Part shown: in pieces, positions 59,591-64,000 of the stretch
Position numbering within the stretch: the stretch's first letter is position 1
How the letters are laid out: every line of letters begins with the position of its first letter
Source: an uncultured bacterium
GTDB lineage: Bacteria; CAYUVA01
Direction: 5' to 3'
Length of the DNA stretch: 64,000 nt
NCBI GenBank assembly: GCA_964448115.1
Contig: CAYUVA010000002.1
Location: forward strand, 62,001-126,000
Translations under genes and position numbers: made by a program
The notes under the pieces: generated by a model
What the model was told of the DNA's origin: nothing
The model's database searches: none
The model's input: the letters and a program-made list of their open reading frames with translations, nothing else

Positions 59591-62113
59591 ATGCTGCTTG
59601 AAGGCGTACTGAAAAAGATATTCGGCACTAAGCACGAGCGGGATATAAAGCGAATGCAACCGCTGGTGGATGAAATAAACCAACTATACGACCAGTACGA
59701 CCGGCTGTCCGACTTCGACCTGCGCAAGAAAAGCATTGAACTTAAGCGCCGAATGCGTGCTGGTGAAGCGCATGAGGATATGATCCCGCAGGCATTCTCC
59801 GCGGTCAGGGAAACCTCCAAACGCACCATTGGAATGAGGCACTATGATGTGCAGCTTATCGGCGGAATCGTGCTCTTTCAGGGCAAGATCGCCGAGATGA
59901 AGACTGGCGAAGGCAAGACACTGGTGGCAACGCTCCCTTGCTACCTGGAGGGCTTAACTAATCGGGGGGTGCATCTGGTTACGGTCAACGATTATCTTGC
60001 AAGGCGAGATCGCGACTGGATGGGACCAATCTATGAATTCCTCGGCTTAAGAGTCGGTGCAATACAGAATCAAGACTCCGATGAACAAAGAAAGATCGCC
60101 TATAACTGCAATATCACCTTCGGCACTAACAATGAGTTCGGCTTCGATTACCTGCGAGATAACATGAAATTCAGTCTTAGCGACTATGTACAGCAGACCG
60201 GGCATAACTATGCAATCATCGACGAGGTTGACAGCATCTTGATCGACGAGGCGAGAACCCCGCTGATCATAAGCGGTCCTGCCGAGGAATCGACCGATAA
60301 GTATGTAGTCGCCGATCGCATCATCCCAAAGCTAAAAGAAAATATAGACTACAAGAAGGAGGAGAAGCATAACTCTGTCTTTCTGACCGAAGAGGGCGTG
60401 GTCAAGACCGAGAAGCTCATGGGCATCGATAATCTTTACCACCCTTCCAACATCGAGTGGCTGCACCATGTCGAGCAGGCGCTGAAGGCTCACTCCATGT
60501 TCAAGCGCGATGTGCACTATGTGGTGAAGAACCGAGAAGTAATAATCGTTGATGAGTTCACCGGTCGCCTGATGCCGGGAAGGCGATACAGCGATGGGCT
60601 TCACCAGGCGCTGGAGGCAAAGGAAAAAATACCGATCCAGAACGAAAATCAGACCTTGGCTACTATAACATTGCAGAACTACTTCAGGATGTACGACAAG
60701 CTTGCCGGCATGACCGGCACCGCAGATACCGAGGCTGCCGAGTTCAAGGAGATATACAAGCTCGATGTGGTGGTCATCCCCACCAACCGCCCCCTGATCA
60801 GAAATAACTACCCGGATGTCATCTATAAGACCAAAGATGAGAAGTACCGAGCTGTTATCAAAGAGATTATGGATATGAATAGCAAGGGGAGACCATGTCT
60901 AGTGGGCACCATAAGCATCGAGACCTCGGAGCTGCTATCATCAATGCTAAAGAAAAAGCGCATCCCCCACGAGGTGCTCAACGCCAAACACCACGAGCGA
61001 GAGGCAAAGATCGTAGCCAAAGCCGGGCAGGAGGGGGCTGTAACCATCGCAACCAATATGGCTGGTAGGGGTACTGATATCATACTCGGACCGGGGGTGG
61101 CTAAAAAAGGCGGTCTGCATATAATCGGCACCGAGCGCCACGAAGCCAGACGCATCGATAACCAGTTGCGCGGTCGCGCTGGTAGGCAAGGAGACCCCGG
61201 CTCATCACGATTCTTCTTATCACTTGAGGACGACCTGGTGCGCATTTTCGCCTCGGATACCATTCAGGGGATAATGAACAAGATCTGGGCTCAGGAGGAT
61301 ATGCCCCTGGAACACAGCCTGCTCACCCGCTCCATAGAGAAGGCACAGGGTAAGGTCGAGATGCAGAACTTCGAGATTAGAAAGAATCTTCTCAAGTTTG
61401 ATGATGTAATGAACAAACAGCGCGAGGTGGTCTATGAGCGCAGGAAGACCATACTTGATGCCCAAGACCTCAAAGAAGAGCTGATGCGCAATATCGATGA
61501 GTACCTGGAGATAGTCATCGATAAATATACCGATGCAAAGTATCCCGAAGATTGGGATTGGGAAGGGCTGGATATAGAGATGTTCTCCCGCTTCGGTGTA
61601 CACTTCAAGCCATCGGAGGATGAGATAGTCAATTATACCCGCGATGTGCTTGCTGAGGATATACGCGATATGATCATCAGGCTATATGAGGAGAGAAAAA
61701 CGAAGATTGGTGAAAAGGAGTTCAACAAGATCATCCGCTTCTTTTTGCTTCGTACACTCGATATCCAGTGGAAGGATCACCTGCTGGCAATGGATCACCT
61801 CAAGGAGGGGATCGGGCTTAGAGGATATGGACAGATCGATCCTCTGCTCGCCTATAAGAAGGAGGGCTTCGAGCTGTTTATGGATATGAACGACCGCTTC
61901 GTCTCCGATAGCCTGAGACAGATATTCACCATTAAAGTAGATGAGGATATAGTGCTCACTGATCGTCCTGCAACCCAGGAGTTTATCTACAGCGCCCCGT
62001 CCCTCGAAGATGCGCCCAAGCATAAACAGGCAAAAAGCAAGAAAATAGGCAGAAATGAGCCTTGTCCCTGCGGAAGCGGCAAGAAATACAAGCACTGCTG
62101 CGGAAGGACATGA
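59591..62113 (+). CDS. secA: Preprotein translocase subunit SecA
   Basis: [60 protein letters not shown] motif [21 protein letters not shown] 59591 preferred over TTG 59582 on RBS spacing. Confidence 0.98.
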   Translation: MLLEGVLKKIFGTKHERDIKRMQPLVDEINQLYDQYDRLSDFDLRKKSIELKRRMRAGEAHEDMIPQAFSAVRETSKRTIGMRHYDVQLIGGIVLFQGKIAEMKTGEGKTLVATLPCYLEGLTNRGVHLVTVNDYLARRDRDWMGPIYEFLGLRVGAIQNQDSDEQRKIAYNCNITFGTNNEFGFDYLRDNMKFSLSDYVQQTGHNYAIIDEVDSILIDEARTPLIISGPAEESTDKYVVADRIIPKLKENIDYKKEEKHNSVFLTEEGVVKTEKLMGIDNLYHPSNIEWLHHVEQALKAHSMFKRDVHYVVKNREVIIVDEFTGRLMPGRRYSDGLHQALEAKEKIPIQNENQTLATITLQNYFRMYDKLAGMTGTADTEAAEFKEIYKLDVVVIPTNRPLIRNNYPDVIYKTKDEKYRAVIKEIMDMNSKGRPCLVGTISIETSELLSSMLKKKRIPHEVLNAKHHEREAKIVAKAGQEGAVTIATNMAGRGTDIILGPGVAKKGGLHIIGTERHEARRIDNQLRGRAGRQGDPGSSRFFLSLEDDLVRIFASDTIQGIMNKIWAQEDMPLEHSLLTRSIEKAQGKVEMQNFEIRKNLLKFDDVMNKQREVVYERRKTILDAQDLKEELMRNIDEYLEIVIDKYTDAKYPEDWDWEGLDIEMFSRFGVHFKPSEDEIVNYTRDVLAEDIRDMIIRLYEERKTKIGEKEFNKIIRFFLLRTLDIQWKDHLLAMDHLKEGIGLRGYGQIDPLLAYKKEGFELFMDMNDRFVSDSLRQIFTIKVDEDIVLTDRPATQEFIYSAPSLEDAPKHKQAKSKKIGRNEPCPCGSGKKYKHCCGRT

Positions 62114-62153
62114 AGACCTTGACTTTTTTCACTAAATAAACACGCCGAGATGC

Positions 62154-62786
62154 TCAAGGCGAGTAGATCGCCAAGCACACCTTGGAGCCATGTATTTCAA
62201 GTATATTCTTGGTTGATAAAGGCAATCTTTTATCGCAATTATAATAAGTGATTATCGAACCACCAGGCGCTAACAAGCTTTGGGCTTGTTGGATTATATT
62301 TTCCATATCCCCTACTGCTCGCATGGTAATGCACTTAAAGCAGGATATGCCTTGTTGCTGGTCAATAAACTCCTCGAGGCGCATCATCTTAATATCCACA
62401 TTCTCCAACCCGCACAGGCGCTTGATATGGCACAGAAAGGCATATCTTTTTTCCCTCGGCTCCAGGAGTGTAAAGCTCTTTTTATCAAAGACAACTGCCA
62501 ACGGCAAGGCTGGGAATCCTCCTCCGCTGCCGATGTCAAGGATATCCTCAGCGGCGAGAAATTCCTCCACCTTGCAGAGATAGAGCGACTCGTACAACAG
62601 GGTATCTACCAACTCCTCGAAGCTCCTGATCCCGCACAGGTTGATTTTCTTATTCCAGCGCAAAAGCTCATTGAGGTAGGTTAGCAGATGCTGTTCGGCA
62701 CTAGTGGATGCCCTCAAACCGGCTCTGCGCAGGATAGCCTCTATAAGCTCAACTTTCGCCTCGCCGCCTGTGGTTCCCTTTGCCAT
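62154..62786 (-). CDS. rsmG: 16S rRNA (guanine527-N7)-methyltransferase
   Basis: LLRWNKKINL, LDIGSGGGFPALPLA, LLEPREKRYAFL, MRAV. Confidence 0.92.
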   Translation of the reverse strand: MAKGTTGGEAKVELIEAILRRAGLRASTSAEQHLLTYLNELLRWNKKINLCGIRSFEELVDTLLYESLYLCKVEEFLAAEDILDIGSGGGFPALPLAVVFDKKSFTLLEPREKRYAFLCHIKRLCGLENVDIKMMRLEEFIDQQQGISCFKCITMRAVGDMENIIQQAQSLLAPGGSIITYYNCDKRLPLSTKNILEIHGSKVCLAIYSP

Positions 62787-62827
62787 AATGAGTTGTCGAT
62801 ATTACAATCGCCTATATGGATGTTAGG

Positions 62828-64000
62828 ATGAATGATCATAACAAGTCAAAACCTGGTGTTACTATTATCCTTGTGGTGATCATATTCCTGTGCGCTCTTT
62901 TTTGCAGGCTTTGGTTTCTAAAGGTCTTCATGCCCTATCACTGGGAGGGTTTCGCCTTTTACCCGGTCGATGCGCTGGCGAGCAAGGTCTCTGCATCACG
63001 CATCCTTGCCGGGGCTTACGACTCTCCGCCGGTGCGCCCGCCATTTACCGAGTACTCGCTGGCGTTGATCCGATACCTGCTTGGTACATCGAATAAGACA
63101 TTGAAGCTGGTCTATGCGGTGATAGGTTCGTTGATACCGGTGTTATGTTTTTTCTTAGCAAGGAGGATCTTCGACAACATCCCCTATAAAGAAAGGGGTG
63201 GCAGCGAAGCTGACCGGGTGTGTATCCCAAGCCATGGACACACCCCTAAATCCCCTCTTGATAGAGGGGACTTTTTTAACCGCGACCTGGCAGCGGTGTT
63301 GGCTGGTGGGCTATGCTCTTTGTCATTTGGGCTGTTGGTCAATATCTCCTCGGTCAACAGCGAGCTTTGGTATATCCTTCAAACCTTAAGCCTTATGCTT
63401 CTATGGCTGTGGATGGAGCAGGGGCTTACCTGGTTTAAGGTAGTGCTTTTGGGAGCATTGGTTAGCCTGATGCTGCTTACCAGGGGGGAGGCTATACTTT
63501 GGTTTCTATTCCTGGCTGCGCTGCTTTTAATGAAGCGAGATCGGCCGCTTGAGGCAAGGCTGGGAATTGTGGGTATATATTTCGCTGTGGTCTGCATACT
63601 GCTTACGCCCTGGACTTACCGCAACTACAAGTATTTCCACGCATTGAACCAGCAGCGTGGCAAGAAGGTCTTCCCTGAGTTCGTGCCTATAACCATTTAT
63701 GGACCGCTGAACTTCGCCAAGGCTAATTCGCCGTTTTTTCTCCCTTATTTCGACCGCCGAACCCACGGGAGCAATATGTCCCCTTCTGACAACCGCTATG
63801 ATATGGATGATCCCTATATTCAGCAGCTTTTGCTTTACGGCTATAGAATCGGCTTGCGACACATATTCGAGCATCCCATAAGAACAGTGGCGGTGAATAT
63901 CAGAAAGCTCTATTGTTCCTTCCAGGTCTATACTTATGGCTTCGCACCCTACAATATTCCGTTCGGTTTGCGCGGCTTCTATCGCTCAGCGGATATCTTC
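62828..64000 (+). CDS. ArnT/PMT-like (GT-C) membrane glycosyltransferase, 3'-truncated by window edge and absent from the ORF track
   Basis: Hand translation is open to 64000: MNDHNKSKPGVTIILVVIIFLCALFCRLWFL...RPPFTEY...FFLARRIF...LLTRGE...LTPWTYRNY; alternative ATG at 62816. Confidence 0.8.
   Translation, partial: MNDHNKSKPGVTIILVVIIFLCALFCRLWFLKVFMPYHWEGFAFYPVDALASKVSASRILAGAYDSPPVRPPFTEYSLALIRYLLGTSNKTLKLVYAVIGSLIPVLCFFLARRIFDNIPYKERGGSEADRVCIPSHGHTPKSPLDRGDFFNRDLAAVLAGGLCSLSFGLLVNISSVNSELWYILQTLSLMLLWLWMEQGLTWFKVVLLGALVSLMLLTRGEAILWFLFLAALLLMKRDRPLEARLGIVGIYFAVVCILLTPWTYRNYKYFHALNQQRGKKVFPEFVPITIYGPLNFAKANSPFFLPYFDRRTHGSNMSPSDNRYDMDDPYIQQLLLYGYRIGLRHIFEHPIRTVAVNIRKLYCSFQVYTYGFAPYNIPFGLRGFYRSADIF
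63179..63280. repeat. Multi-hairpin palindromic element inserted in frame in the CDS
   Basis: CCCCT..AGGGG, CAGC-GAA-GCTG, GGGTGTGT..ACACACCC, TCCCCTCT-TGAT-AGAGGGGA; 102 nt; AAC at both junctions. Confidence 0.75.

Noticed and set aside
1331-61889. Numerous other 60-270 aa ORFs overlapping the assigned genes (e.g. 1331-1951, 12419-13234, 14664-15314)
   Set aside because: Mostly antisense or off-frame to well-supported genes, with no family motifs
62890-63874. Short track ORFs (62890-63096, 63045-63230, 63198-63389, 63379-63597, 63527-63874)
   Set aside because: Alternative-frame or antisense shadows of the long open GT-C frame starting at 62828

Overview
A gene-dense 64 kb chromosomal window from a diderm bacterium; I cannot assign the taxonomy from sequence alone. 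It is mostly housekeeping and envelope genes: mlaD/mlaF, a TamB plus Omp85 pair, a class V aminotransferase with DUF1015, a CpaF ATPase, folP, selA, a MOSC protein, a Ser/Thr kinase, an acyl-CoA ligase, a PAS histidine kinase, a CPA1 antiporter, asnS, a double-domain thyX, an SLT, a PilT-like ATPase, mazG, S55 and M20 peptidases, secA and rsmG. It also holds a 2340-aa mucin-like exported protein and four GT-C-type membrane glycosyltransferase candidates. I found no rRNA, tRNA, CRISPR array, prophage or intact transposase by eye. The strongest unexplained signal is non-coding: a near-consensus NtrC-type enhancer (24072-24088), a sigma-54 promoter (24173-24189) and an intrinsic terminator (24226-24264) frame a ~60-nt unit with an anti-Shine-Dalgarno-like tract, a candidate sigma-54-dependent sRNA. 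The second is a 102-nt four-hairpin palindromic element inserted in frame in an ORF absent from the supplied track (62828 to >64000). Several short gene relics also occur: AlbA_2::HTH, an FGE-sulfatase fragment, an IS5 stub and glutaredoxin::FTR. All family calls come from recalled motifs, not database searches.
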